Assembly: GCA_947074105.1 (NCBI GenBank)
Contig: CAMTON010000004.1
Coordinates: 2,683-66,682 of the forward strand
Length of the DNA stretch: 64,000 nt
Source of the DNA: an uncultured Bacteroidales bacterium
Lineage (GTDB): Bacteria > Bacteroidota > Bacteroidia > Bacteroidales > JAUNSR01
Direction of reading: 5' to 3'
Part shown: piece after piece, positions 8,705-17,963 of the stretch
Position numbering within the stretch: position 1 is the stretch's first letter
How the letters are laid out: every line of letters begins with the position of its first letter
Translations under genes and position numbers: made by a program
Notes under the pieces: model-generated
What the model was told of the DNA's origin: nothing
The model's input: the letters and a program-made list of their open reading frames with translations, nothing else
Database searches by the model: none

Positions 8705-10192
8705 ATGTATTTACTTGGTTATGACATAGGAAGCTCATCTGTTAAGGCTTCACTGATAGATTCGGAATCGGGCAAATGTGTAGCTTCCGACTTTTTTCCG
8801 AAAAAGGAAATGCCTATAAAAGCTGAAAAGAAAGGCTGGGCAGAACAGGATCCGGAAATGTGGTGGAAATATCTTAAGAAAGCTACCCATAGTATTCTTG
8901 AAATAAGCAAAGTTGATCCGTCTGATATAAAAGCAATAGGAATATCCTATCAGATGCATGGTCTTGTTGTCATAGATAAAGATCTGAAACCTCTTCGGGA
9001 TGCCATCATCTGGTGTGACTCAAGAGCTGTTGAAATCGGCAATGAGGCATTCTCAAAAATAGGAGAAGAGTTTTGTCTTTCACATCTGCTGAATTCTCCG
9101 GGTAATTTCACCCTTTCAAAACTTGCATGGGTAAAAAATAATGAGCCGGAAATATATGATAAGGTTTATAAATTCCTTTTGCCGGGTGATTATATAGCTT
9201 TAAAACTTAGCGGTAAACCGAATACTACAGTTTCAGGAATTTCAGAAGGAACATACTGGGATTTTAAAAACAACGAAATATCAAAGAAACTTCTTGATTT
9301 TTATGGAATTGAAGAAGATAAAGTTGCTGATATCGTAGATACCTTCTCTGTTCAGAGTGTTTTAAGTAAAGATACTGCTGAAGAATTAGGTCTTAAAGAG
9401 GGAACTCCTATTACATACCGAGCAGGTGATCAGCCAAATAATGCTCTTTCCCTTAATGTGCTTAATCCTGGTGAAATAGCTTCGACAGCCGGAACTTCAG
9501 GTGTAGTTTACGGAGTAATCGATAAGATTGCGTATGATCAGAAGTCAAGAGTTAATATTTTTGCTCATGTAAATCATACAAAAGAAGATCCGCGTCTGGG
9601 TGTGCTTCTGTGTATCAACGGTACCGGAATTCTTAATTCATGGATCAAGAACAATATGATGCCCCATAATGCAAAATATGAGGAAATCAATGAACTTGCA
9701 GCAACTGCCCCGATCGGTTCCGACGGTGTTACGATAATTCCGTTCGGCAACGGAGCGGAACGTGTTCTTGAAAACCGAAATATTGGAGCTGTCATCGATG
9801 GCATAAATTTCAATAACCATAGTCGCGCCAATATTCTGAGAGCAGCACAGGAAGGAATAGTATTCTCTTTTATTTATGGTATTGAGATAATGAAAGAAAT
9901 GGGACTTGACGTTAAAGTCCTTAAGGCAGGAAATGCAAATATGTTTCTGAGTCCTCTTTTCCGTAATACTCTTGCATCAACAGGCGGTGTCGCTATAGAA
10001 CTTTATGATACCGACGGGGCTGCAGGTGCAGCGCGCGGAGCAGGAATAGGATCCGGTATATATAAAGATGCGAAAGAAGCATTTGCTAATCTTGAAAAGA
10101 TCGAAACCATCTATCCTGATACAGAACAGAAAGAAAAATATCAGGCTGCTTATCAGAGATGGAAAGATGTATTAAAAAAGAATCTTAATTAA
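8705..10192 (+). CDS. xylB: Xylulokinase (FGGY carbohydrate kinase family)
   Basis: 495 aa with an FGGY-type N-terminus MYLLGYDIGSSSVKA, adjacent to xylA. Confidence 0.85.
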   Translation: MYLLGYDIGSSSVKASLIDSESGKCVASDFFPKKEMPIKAEKKGWAEQDPEMWWKYLKKATHSILEISKVDPSDIKAIGISYQMHGLVVIDKDLKPLRDAIIWCDSRAVEIGNEAFSKIGEEFCLSHLLNSPGNFTLSKLAWVKNNEPEIYDKVYKFLLPGDYIALKLSGKPNTTVSGISEGTYWDFKNNEISKKLLDFYGIEEDKVADIVDTFSVQSVLSKDTAEELGLKEGTPITYRAGDQPNNALSLNVLNPGEIASTAGTSGVVYGVIDKIAYDQKSRVNIFAHVNHTKEDPRLGVLLCINGTGILNSWIKNNMMPHNAKYEEINELAATAPIGSDGVTIIPFGNGAERVLENRNIGAVIDGINFNNHSRANILRAAQEGIVFSFIYGIEIMKEMGLDVKVLKAGNANMFLSPLFRNTLASTGGVAIELYDTDGAAGAARGAGIGSGIYKDAKEAFANLEKIETIYPDTEQKEKYQAAYQRWKDVLKKNLN

Positions 10193-10194
10193 TA

Positions 10195-10214
10195 TTATCC
10201 GGATATCCGGATAA
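10195..10214. repeat. Perfect 20-bp palindrome TTATCCGGATATCCGGATAA immediately after the xylB stop
   Basis: The sequence is self-complementary. Two further hairpins follow in the xylB-xylA spacer: CCCTGA/TCAGGG at 10224-10246 and GCGAAGT/ACTTCGC at 10286-10307. Confidence 0.7.
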
Positions 10215-10373
10215 ACCAAATAACCCTGACAGAGAGCTTTTCAGGGAATAATCCTTTACAATTATCATATTGAAACTATTATCAGGCGAAGTGATTTTTT
10301 ACTTCGCAAGGCTCTCCCTATATCAAAAAATAATCTGAATTATCAATATAGAAATTTTAAATACTTAATTATT

Positions 10374-11687
10374 ATGGCTAAAACGTATTTTCCGTCAATA
10401 GAAAAAATCAAATTCGAAGGTAAAGAATCAAAGAATCCGATGGCTTTCAGATATTATGAACCTGAAAGAGTTGTAATGGGTAAAAAAATGAAAGACTGGC
10501 TTCGCTTCTCTATGGCATGGTGGCATACATTATGTGCTGAAGGTGGAGATCAGTTTGGAGAAGGAACAATAAAAAGAGAATGGAATACAATCTGTGATCC
10601 TCTTGAGGCAGCTAAAGCAAAAATGGATGCCGGTTTTGAATTCATGCAGAAAATAGGAATCGAATATTATTGCTTCCATGATGTAGACCTTATCGCAGAG
10701 GCTGAATCTATTGAAAAATATGAGGAAAATCTTAAGAGTATCGTAGCTTATGCTAAACAGAAGCAGCAGGAAACAGGCATCAAACTTCTTTGGGGAACTG
10801 CTAATGTTTTCAGCAATAAAAGATATATGAACGGTGCTGCTACAAATCCTGATTTTTCTACTCTTGCTTATGCGGCAACACAGATTAAAAACGCTATCGA
10901 TGCAACTGTAGAACTTGGCGGAGAAAATTATGTATTCTGGGGCGGACGTGAAGGTTATATGTCTCTTCTTAACACAGATATGAAAAGAGAAAAAGAGCAT
11001 CTTGCAACTATGCTTAAACTTGCTCGCGATTATGGACGTTCAAAAGGATTCAAAGGTAATTTCCTTATCGAACCAAAACCTATGGAACCAAGCAAACATC
11101 AGTATGACGTAGATGCTGAAACTGTTATCGGTTTCCTTAAAGCAAATGATCTTCATAACGATTTCAAATTAAATATCGAAGTCAATCATGCAACGCTTGC
11201 AGGACATACATTCGAACATGAACTTCAGTGTGCTGCAGACAATAACATGTTAGGGTCTATAGATGCGAACCGCGGGGATGCTCAGAACGGATGGGATACT
11301 GACCAGTTCCCGATTGATATATTCGAACTTACTCAGGCTATGATGGTTATTCTTCGCGCAGGAGGTCTTCAGGGGGGAGGTACGAACTTCGATGCTAAGA
11401 TCAGAAGAAATTCTACAGATATAGAAGATCTTTTTATAGCTCATATCGCAGGTATGGACTGTTTCGCAAGAGCACTTGTAACTGCGGCTGATATAATTGA
11501 GAACTCTCCTATGGAAAAACTTCGTTCAGAAAGATATGCTTCTTTTGATGAAGGACAGGGCAAACTTTTTGAAGACGGAAAACTTTCTCTTGAAGATCTT
11601 AGAAATTATGCTCTTGCAACGGGAGAACCAAAACAGGTAAGCGGAAAACAGGAGCTTTACGAAGCTATCCTTGCTATGTATGTTTAA
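10374..11687 (+). CDS. xylA: Xylose isomerase
   Basis: 437 aa with motifs [23 protein letters not shown] and HTFEHEL. Confidence 0.95.
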   Translation: MAKTYFPSIEKIKFEGKESKNPMAFRYYEPERVVMGKKMKDWLRFSMAWWHTLCAEGGDQFGEGTIKREWNTICDPLEAAKAKMDAGFEFMQKIGIEYYCFHDVDLIAEAESIEKYEENLKSIVAYAKQKQQETGIKLLWGTANVFSNKRYMNGAATNPDFSTLAYAATQIKNAIDATVELGGENYVFWGGREGYMSLLNTDMKREKEHLATMLKLARDYGRSKGFKGNFLIEPKPMEPSKHQYDVDAETVIGFLKANDLHNDFKLNIEVNHATLAGHTFEHELQCAADNNMLGSIDANRGDAQNGWDTDQFPIDIFELTQAMMVILRAGGLQGGGTNFDAKIRRNSTDIEDLFIAHIAGMDCFARALVTAADIIENSPMEKLRSERYASFDEGQGKLFEDGKLSLEDLRNYALATGEPKQVSGKQELYEAILAMYV

Positions 11688-11770
11688 ATTTAAGTTTCCA
11701 CAATAATTACTGTAATCCATTTTAAAGGCGATAATTCCGGATGTAACCGGTGAATATCCCTTTAAAGAAA

Positions 11771-11801
11771 AAAGCCGGAGAAATTTTTTCTTCGGCTTTT
11801 T
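11771..11801. terminator. Bidirectional terminator between convergent xylA and the Spy-like gene
   Basis: Stem AGCCGGAG with CTTCGGCT, flanked by an A-run and a T-run. Confidence 0.65.
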
Positions 11802-11892
11802 AGTGTTATAAGTTATTTGTAAATACGTAGTTATATATTGATTTTCATAAAATAAATATTTAAGAAATAATATCTTTTTGTCACTGTGATTA

Positions 11893-12351
11893 TTATCTGT
11901 CTGAATCAAGAGCGAATAACTTCTCAAGGAATCTCGTATACTGATCCGGAGTAAGAATTTGCTTGATGTAATTCATGTCTGACTGAACATAAGATGATTT
12001 ATTTCTCTGAAGGCGAGATACCTGGCGGGCATAATAGGCTATAGAATCGTTTATCAGCTGTTGATTTGCAATCCCTGATGAGCGGGCATTATCCCAGCTG
12101 CTTTGCTGCTGGGTAGTAAGGTTAAGATCGGATTTGGTACGGTTGTTCCAGTCATCATTACCCCAGCATCCCATTTCTCCGGGACAATACCAGCCATTGC
12201 TGCCGCTGTCATCATCACCTCCCCACATCATTCCGGGGCCCATATAATAACCATTGCCTCTATTGTCATTCCATGCTTTTCCAACCACAAATCCCGATAA
12301 GATTACCACGGCGACAATACCTGTTATAGTCTTTTTCATATCTCTAAGCAT
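11893..12351 (-). CDS. Spy/CpxP-family-like periplasmic protein (two LTXXQ motifs) with a G/W/D-rich N-terminal segment
   Basis: 152 aa with an N-terminal signal/anchor. LTTQQ and LTPDQ motifs sit in a helical C-terminal half. There is a low-complexity stretch GYYMGPGMMWGGDDDSGSNGWYCPGEMGCWGNDDWNN. Confidence 0.5.
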   Translation of the reverse strand: MLRDMKKTITGIVAVVILSGFVVGKAWNDNRGNGYYMGPGMMWGGDDDSGSNGWYCPGEMGCWGNDDWNNRTKSDLNLTTQQQSSWDNARSSGIANQQLINDSIAYYARQVSRLQRNKSSYVQSDMNYIKQILTPDQYTRFLEKLFALDSDR

Positions 12352-12506
12352 TTATAAATTGCTAAAGTTTAATATCAATAACAAAACCCAATTTTTATAT
12401 ATTTTGTTGAGGTATGCCGGCTTTTTAAGCTTTATTCAATTATTGTGCAAATGACTGTCAACAGGGATAAGAGATGATCTCTTTGATAATCTGAAAGATA
12501 AATGCC

Positions 12507-12761
12507 TTATTTTGTTTTTAGAATTTCTCTTAATGCTATAGTAAGCTGATCAGGACATGATGTAGGTTTGTCTTTACATGTTATGCCTTCAAGTTTAGAG
12601 ATAGCATCTTCTATTCTCATTCCTTTAACAAGAGAAGAAATGCCCTTTAGATTTCCGTTACAACCTCCAAGAAAACTTACATCTCCGATAATTCCGTTTT
12701 CACATTCTATTTCAATTTCTCTGGCACAAGTGCCTGTCGTAGTAAAATTTAATTTTTCCAT
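12507..12761 (-). CDS. Small TSCPD-domain protein (TIGR03905-like)
   Basis: 84 aa. The pattern GTCAREIEI…FLGGCNGNLKGIS…C…PTSCPDQL resembles the stand-alone TSCPD family. Confidence 0.65.
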   Translation of the reverse strand: MEKLNFTTTGTCAREIEIECENGIIGDVSFLGGCNGNLKGISSLVKGMRIEDAISKLEGITCKDKPTSCPDQLTIALREILKTK

Positions 12762-12872
12762 ATATAATGATTAATAAAATAAGCCGGCTGCAAAATTAAG
12801 AAAGTGTTTATTCTTTTAATTCAAATTGAAGTAAAAAGAGTTGTCTTACAATTGATGTCCGTTTATTTTATC

Positions 12873-12880
12873 TATTTTTG
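12873..12880 (+). promoter_or_regulatory. Bacteroidota -7 box (TATTTTTG) for lgt
   Basis: TAnnTTTG match about 90 nt upstream of the ATG at 12972. Confidence 0.4.
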
Positions 12881-12971
12881 CAACTGTCTGAGATTACAAT
12901 TAAGAAAAAGAAATTTTAGGAGGATTAAAAATAAATAAGTATCCTTCATTAAAAAAGACATAAAAACAAAT

Positions 12972-13823
12972 ATGAATTTATTAAACTTTATCACATGGAC
13001 AGCCGAACCCGTGCTGTTTACGCTTGGCCCTGTACAGATAAGATGGTACAGTCTTATGTTTATTATCGGTTTTTGGATTGGTTTTAAAATTGAAGAAAGA
13101 ATGTATAAAAAAGAATCAATACCGATGAAATGGCTTGATTCGCTTTTTATTTATGTCTTTGTAGGAACAATTGTCGGTGCACGTCTTGGACATGTGTTCT
13201 TTTACGGTTGGGAATACTATTCTCAGCATCCTGCTGAAATTTTCAAAGTATGGGAAGGCGGACTTGCCAGTCACGGCGGCGCGATAGGTATAATCATCGC
13301 TATTCTTCTTCTAGCTCGAAAAATAAAAATGAATCCTCTTTTTTTATTCGACCGTCTGGTAGTGCCGGTTGCACTGGTTGGAGCATTGATACGAATAGGG
13401 AACCTGTTTAATCATGAGATCTACGGGCATGAAACATCTCTTCCGTGGGGTTTCCGTTTTATAGAAAATCTGGGAGCGTGGCAGAGAGGCGCAGAACCTG
13501 TTTTCACTGCTCCTTCACATCCTACTCAGATATATGAAGCACTTATTTATCTTATTGTCTTTGGTCTTCTGATGTTTATGTATTGGAAACATAATGCTCA
13601 GCTGCGCCAGGGGCTTATTTTCGGAGTTTTTCTAATCGGGATCTTCGGAACAAGGATATTTGTAGAGGTTGTTAAAAACAATCAGGAAGCATTTGAAGAA
13701 ACAATGATGCTTAACATGGGACAAATTCTCAGCATTCCGTTCCTGATATGTGGAACATGGCTTATATTCAGAGCTTTGATGAGACGACCGGAACTTCCGT
13801 TTTCTGAAACTCATAAAATATAA
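12972..13823 (+). CDS. lgt: Prolipoprotein diacylglyceryl transferase
   Basis: 283 aa polytopic protein with motifs WEGGLASHGG and HPTQIYE. Confidence 0.9.
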   Translation: MNLLNFITWTAEPVLFTLGPVQIRWYSLMFIIGFWIGFKIEERMYKKESIPMKWLDSLFIYVFVGTIVGARLGHVFFYGWEYYSQHPAEIFKVWEGGLASHGGAIGIIIAILLLARKIKMNPLFLFDRLVVPVALVGALIRIGNLFNHEIYGHETSLPWGFRFIENLGAWQRGAEPVFTAPSHPTQIYEALIYLIVFGLLMFMYWKHNAQLRQGLIFGVFLIGIFGTRIFVEVVKNNQEAFEETMMLNMGQILSIPFLICGTWLIFRALMRRPELPFSETHKI

Positions 13824-13847
13824 TTATAAAGGACTTTTTTCGTAAAA

Positions 13848-13886
13848 ATACCGTTAACCTGTAATGGCAGATTAACGGTATTTTTT
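13848..13886. terminator. Bidirectional terminator between lgt and the GT2-like gene
   Basis: 10-bp stem ATACCGTTAA with TTAACGGTAT, flanked by an A-run and a T-run. Confidence 0.7.
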
Positions 13887-13937
13887 ATCTATTTCACTAT
13901 AGGTAATCGGATTAAAAGATTGAGATAAGTCTAAAAA

Positions 13938-15029
13938 CTAAATATATTTTGTCTTCCGAAATATCTTTTTCTTTATCTGATGTATAAGAGCCAGAACCGA
14001 AACATAAAATACCATTACGAATTGAGGAATCATAAACATCATATTTTTTGTCCATGAAGTATTTGTAAGCCTTGCAATGAACGACTGTGTGATAAAAAGA
14101 ATAATGACACCCCAGGCTATTTCTTTGTAAAAACCGAAAATAAGGAAGAAAATCCACCATACTATCAGAATGAAAGAAAAGAGAGTCACAAAGGGAAGAG
14201 TTCCTCTTCTGACATACAGAAGAAGTTCAGTGATCGACTCACTCATGCATCTTTTAAGATTTAATTCACCTAAAAGTCTCACTCTTTTATCTGCAATGAA
14301 GAAATCAATTTTAACTTCTTCTTTTTTTAGATATCTAGCTATCTCATAGGCGTTCCTTAGATTAAGTTCCTTGTCAAAAGGCTGATACTGACGATAGGTA
14401 TTACCTTCAAAAAACATAAAATAATCTGAAGCAAGTGCATAATTGAAATTCGTTGAGTTAAGTATCTTCCAGAATGGAAAAGAGGAAAGGCAGATATTAT
14501 TTAATATGGGAAGAGTAAGCCATTCTACTTTCTTATGAAGGTCATAGTATGGGAACAATGTAATAAACTGTATCTTATTTTGTTTCATAAGAAATATTAA
14601 CTGCTCCAGTATCCCGCCCCGTAATTCAATATTTGGATCAAGAAATAAAATATAATTACCCCGGGCATAATTACCCAGTTTATAATTGATCTGATAATTC
14701 TCTTTCCATCCTTTTTTTAGATTTGAAATATCAATTAACCTTACCTTTTTATCTTTTTCAGTTATTTTCAGAAGATTATCGCATTTGAAACCTACTGGAT
14801 TATACATTCCGATAATGATTTCAATATGATCATTATTTATTTTATTGAGTAATTCCAAAAGAAACGTCAACTTCGGAGATTCAGTATCTGCTCTTATTAT
14901 TATTGAAATAAGGATATCTTCTTTCAGTCTTTGTCCACGGGGCACTATGGGGCTTGTAATAAAGTTAGCTGCAACTATTATAAGTCTTACAACAAAAAGA
15001 GCAAGAATAATATATACGATTATTTCCAT
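13938..15029 (-). CDS. Membrane-bound glycosyltransferase family 2-like protein (divergent)
   Basis: 363 aa with an N-terminal TM helix, a GT-A-like core (ISIIIRADTES…EIIIG…GW.EN…ILFLDPN) and C-terminal TM helices. The usual DxD is DPN here. Confidence 0.5.
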   Translation of the reverse strand: MEIIVYIILALFVVRLIIVAANFITSPIVPRGQRLKEDILISIIIRADTESPKLTFLLELLNKINNDHIEIIIGMYNPVGFKCDNLLKITEKDKKVRLIDISNLKKGWKENYQINYKLGNYARGNYILFLDPNIELRGGILEQLIFLMKQNKIQFITLFPYYDLHKKVEWLTLPILNNICLSSFPFWKILNSTNFNYALASDYFMFFEGNTYRQYQPFDKELNLRNAYEIARYLKKEEVKIDFFIADKRVRLLGELNLKRCMSESITELLLYVRRGTLPFVTLFSFILIVWWIFFLIFGFYKEIAWGVIILFITQSFIARLTNTSWTKNMMFMIPQFVMVFYVSVLALIHQIKKKIFRKTKYI

Positions 15030-15186
15030 CTCAAATTTTTTCTTTATAACAACGATAGTAAATTAAGGGTTTGAATAACAGCGTTCTTAAGCCCATATAC
15101 ATTTAAGAATAACAGAATCTCTGATTTGTAATAAAGAAAAGTGCTTTATCTGCGATTTTGTGTTATGTTGTGTTTGAATTAATTTA

Positions 15187-15194
15187 TATTTTTG
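15187..15194 (+). promoter_or_regulatory. Bacteroidota -7 box (TATTTTTG) for the PPIase gene
   Basis: TAnnTTTG match 33 nt upstream of the ATG at 15227. Confidence 0.45.
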
Positions 15195-15226
15195 CCACAA
15201 TTAGATAAGAATGAATTTTAAGCGCT

Positions 15227-16027
15227 ATGAGGATATCTTTTATTTTAATTTTTCTTCTGATTTTTACTTCTGTGACATTTTCACAGGAACGAATAGTTCT
15301 TGTAGAAACTACTGAAGGAAATATGAAAATCAAACTTTATGATGATACGCCACGTCACAGAGATTATTTTCTGAATCTTGTTCAGAAAGGATATTTTGAC
15401 GGAACATTATTCGGTCGTGTAGTTCAGCAATTTATAATTCAGGGCGGATCTCAGGATAGCCGCGGAGTAAAACCCGGTACTCAGATCGGGGACGGAGACA
15501 AAACTATGGAGATACCGCATGAAATAAGAAAAAATCATATTCCTAAAAAAGGAGCTGTTGGTTGTCCGAGAAGAGATGAGAAATTTAATCCGGCAAAAGA
15601 TTCCGACATGTCGATGTATTTCATAATACTAGGACGTCCTTATACCAACGGTCAGCTTGATACTCTTGAACTGGCAAAAAATATACCTATAAAAAAAGAA
15701 GTCAGAAAGAAACTTTATAATCCGATAAAGTCAATGCTTGATTCTCTTAAGATTGCAAACCCTAAGGAGTTCAACCGACAGGTTGCCGATCTTAACCGAC
15801 GTATAGACTCAGTTACAAGAGCTACACCGGGATCTCTTACTTTTACAAAAGAGGAGCGAGAGGCATATACGACAGTTGGCGGAGCTCTTCATCTTGCTAA
15901 TGAATATACATTCTTTGGTGAGGTGATAGAGGGGCTTGACGTGATAGATAAGATTTCGGATATACCAACTAACTCTTATGATCGTCCGATAAAAGATGTT
16001 GTCATGAATGTGAAAATTCTCAAATAA
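15227..16027 (+). CDS. Cyclophilin-type peptidyl-prolyl cis-trans isomerase, secreted, with a long internal insertion
   Basis: 266 aa with a signal peptide and motifs FGRVVQQFIIQGGS and FFGEVIEGLDVIDKI. Confidence 0.85.
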   Translation: MRISFILIFLLIFTSVTFSQERIVLVETTEGNMKIKLYDDTPRHRDYFLNLVQKGYFDGTLFGRVVQQFIIQGGSQDSRGVKPGTQIGDGDKTMEIPHEIRKNHIPKKGAVGCPRRDEKFNPAKDSDMSMYFIILGRPYTNGQLDTLELAKNIPIKKEVRKKLYNPIKSMLDSLKIANPKEFNRQVADLNRRIDSVTRATPGSLTFTKEEREAYTTVGGALHLANEYTFFGEVIEGLDVIDKISDIPTNSYDRPIKDVVMNVKILK

Positions 16028-16067
16028 TTTTATTTGAGTTATTTGTAATTAAATAAACATGTCAGAA

Positions 16068-16115
16068 AGAGGGAAATGCGGATCGTAATAAAGATCTGAA
16101 TTTCCCTCTTTTTTA
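16068..16115 (+). terminator. Rho-independent terminator after the PPIase gene
   Basis: 10-bp stem AGAGGGAAAT with ATTTCCCTCT, then a T-run. Confidence 0.75.
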
Positions 16116-16462
16116 TTGAAGCTTCAGTCTGTCAATGTTGCAAAGTGTAATTAAAATATCTTCAGCTCATTTTTTAGTAAAACAGCTTTCTGAGTAATCG
16201 GATAAGTATATAAATAATACATTGTGAACATTTGTTTATATTAACATTAGGGGGTAATTAAGGTTGAAACAAAATATATTAAAGTTAATATCGGTAAATG
16301 GATCTTTTCTGGAATATATTATATCTGATTGCGTGCGCTAAGCGTAAATGGTTGAAAAACAAATATTTGGCAATTGTGTTTTTTAAACTGTCATTTAGCC
16401 GGATAATAAACAATATTGTTTAAATATTGTTATAGTCTTGATTCCTATTAAAATCTTAAGCT

Positions 16463-17149
16463 ATGAAATATTTACTAATGAGTATATTTACATTGATGTT
16501 GATATCATGTACTAATAATAAAACATATGTGATAAACGGCAGAATTGCCAATTCATCATTAAACGGGCAATATATCTATCTCCAGCAAATGTCGGGAAAT
16601 CATCTGGTGACATTTGACAGTGCATTGGTGGAAAATGATAAATTCAGATTTAAAGGTACAATATCAGAATCATTCTTCGGTGAGCTTACCTTTGATAAAA
16701 TCGATAACAGAAGTTTTTCTCCTGCTGTTTTTATTCTTGAAAAGGGCAAAATGGAAGCTTATATTGATACCTTTTCATATGTACGGGGAGGAGTTGCCAA
16801 TAATAATCTTGCGGAATATTATGCACAGAATCATTACTATGATCAGAAACTGAAATTTTTGAACGAACAGCATAATAAAAATGTTGAAGAGGGTAAGACG
16901 GCTGATTCTCTGACTATGGCATATGAAGGATGGCACAGATTATACAGTAAGGAAAAAACAGATCTTGCTTTACAGTTTGTTGAAGAGAATAATGATAATC
17001 TTGCAGGAGTACTGGTATTTCTTCAGAATTTCTCGAATTTTACCCGAGAAGAAATAAGAAATATATTGTTTTATGCCGGACCTGTATTTAAAAAAGATAA
17101 GGCCGTTATAATGCTGGAAGAATATATGGATAAGACAAATAAGAAATGA
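16463..17149 (+). CDS. DUF4369-like lipoprotein
   Basis: 228 aa with lipobox LMLISC. The N-terminal YVINGRI…GQYIYLQ pattern is typical of the DUF4369 domain found in Bacteroidota thioredoxin-like lipoproteins, but no CxxC domain follows. Confidence 0.5.
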   Translation: MKYLLMSIFTLMLISCTNNKTYVINGRIANSSLNGQYIYLQQMSGNHLVTFDSALVENDKFRFKGTISESFFGELTFDKIDNRSFSPAVFILEKGKMEAYIDTFSYVRGGVANNNLAEYYAQNHYYDQKLKFLNEQHNKNVEEGKTADSLTMAYEGWHRLYSKEKTDLALQFVEENNDNLAGVLVFLQNFSNFTREEIRNILFYAGPVFKKDKAVIMLEEYMDKTNKK

Positions 17150-17928
17150 AAATTAAAAAAGATAAGTTTAAATTCAGTTTTAGTTTTAATATGAGGTATT
17201 GGATTGTAACGTTATGTTTGTTGTTTTCCGTTTCATTAAATATGATTGGAAACAATGACCACAAAGCTTATACTTACCAAAGTTTTGCGGCAAGAGATTT
17301 CAGCAACTGGCCATATATAATCGAAACTCTTGAAAAAGAGGCTGCGGCAAATCCGAAAAATTGTGCGGCTACTCTTGAAATAATGAATTATTATTATGGT
17401 TATATAGGTCATCTTCTTGATGTGAATAATAAAAAAGCTGCGGATGTATGGTGCAAAAAAGCAAAAAAAACATACCAGGCACTAGGACAAGAATATTCCA
17501 ATAATGCCGATATGGTAGCTTACGGATCTATTATTACCGCATTTGAAATTGCTATATCACCTGTAAAAGCACCTCTTCTTGCTCATTCGATGTTCGTAGG
17601 AGCAAAAAAATCACTTCAGCTCGACCCTAATTCTATAATGGGAAATCTATCTTATGCTAATTTCCTTTATTTCTTTCCGGAAGCCCTCGGAGGAGATAAG
17701 AGCAAGGCTCTTCAGCATTATATGAAAGTGTACAACTACTTTCAGGGTCATCCAGATATTGCTTCTCAGGACTGGAAATATTTATTTATTCTGTCTACTC
17801 TCGGTGTCGTGAACGAAAAGCTTGGAGATATAGATAATGCAAAAGCATGGCATAAAAAAGCTCTTGAGGTTAAACCTGATTTTGTTTTCGTTAAAGATGT
17901 CCTTGTTCCTCGCGTCAATAATAAATAA
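17146..17928 (+). CDS. Secreted TPR-like helical-repeat protein (possibly TatT-like)
   Basis: 260 aa. The start overlaps the upstream stop (ATGA). The protein looks like helical repeats, and the segment FFPEALGGDKSKALQHY is reminiscent of TatT-family proteins. Confidence 0.4.
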   Translation: MKIKKDKFKFSFSFNMRYWIVTLCLLFSVSLNMIGNNDHKAYTYQSFAARDFSNWPYIIETLEKEAAANPKNCAATLEIMNYYYGYIGHLLDVNNKKAADVWCKKAKKTYQALGQEYSNNADMVAYGSIITAFEIAISPVKAPLLAHSMFVGAKKSLQLDPNSIMGNLSYANFLYFFPEALGGDKSKALQHYMKVYNYFQGHPDIASQDWKYLFILSTLGVVNEKLGDIDNAKAWHKKALEVKPDFVFVKDVLVPRVNNK

Positions 17929-17963
17929 TATTTAATTTTATACCGGTAAATAAAGTATCTTAT

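Noticed and set aside
10530-11927. Minus-strand ORFs 10530-11000 (156 aa), 11250-11444 and 11526-11927 (133 aa) overlapping xylA and its terminator.
   Set aside because: They are antisense to xylose isomerase. The last one runs through the bidirectional terminator at 11771-11801. None has a promoter box or recognisable motifs.
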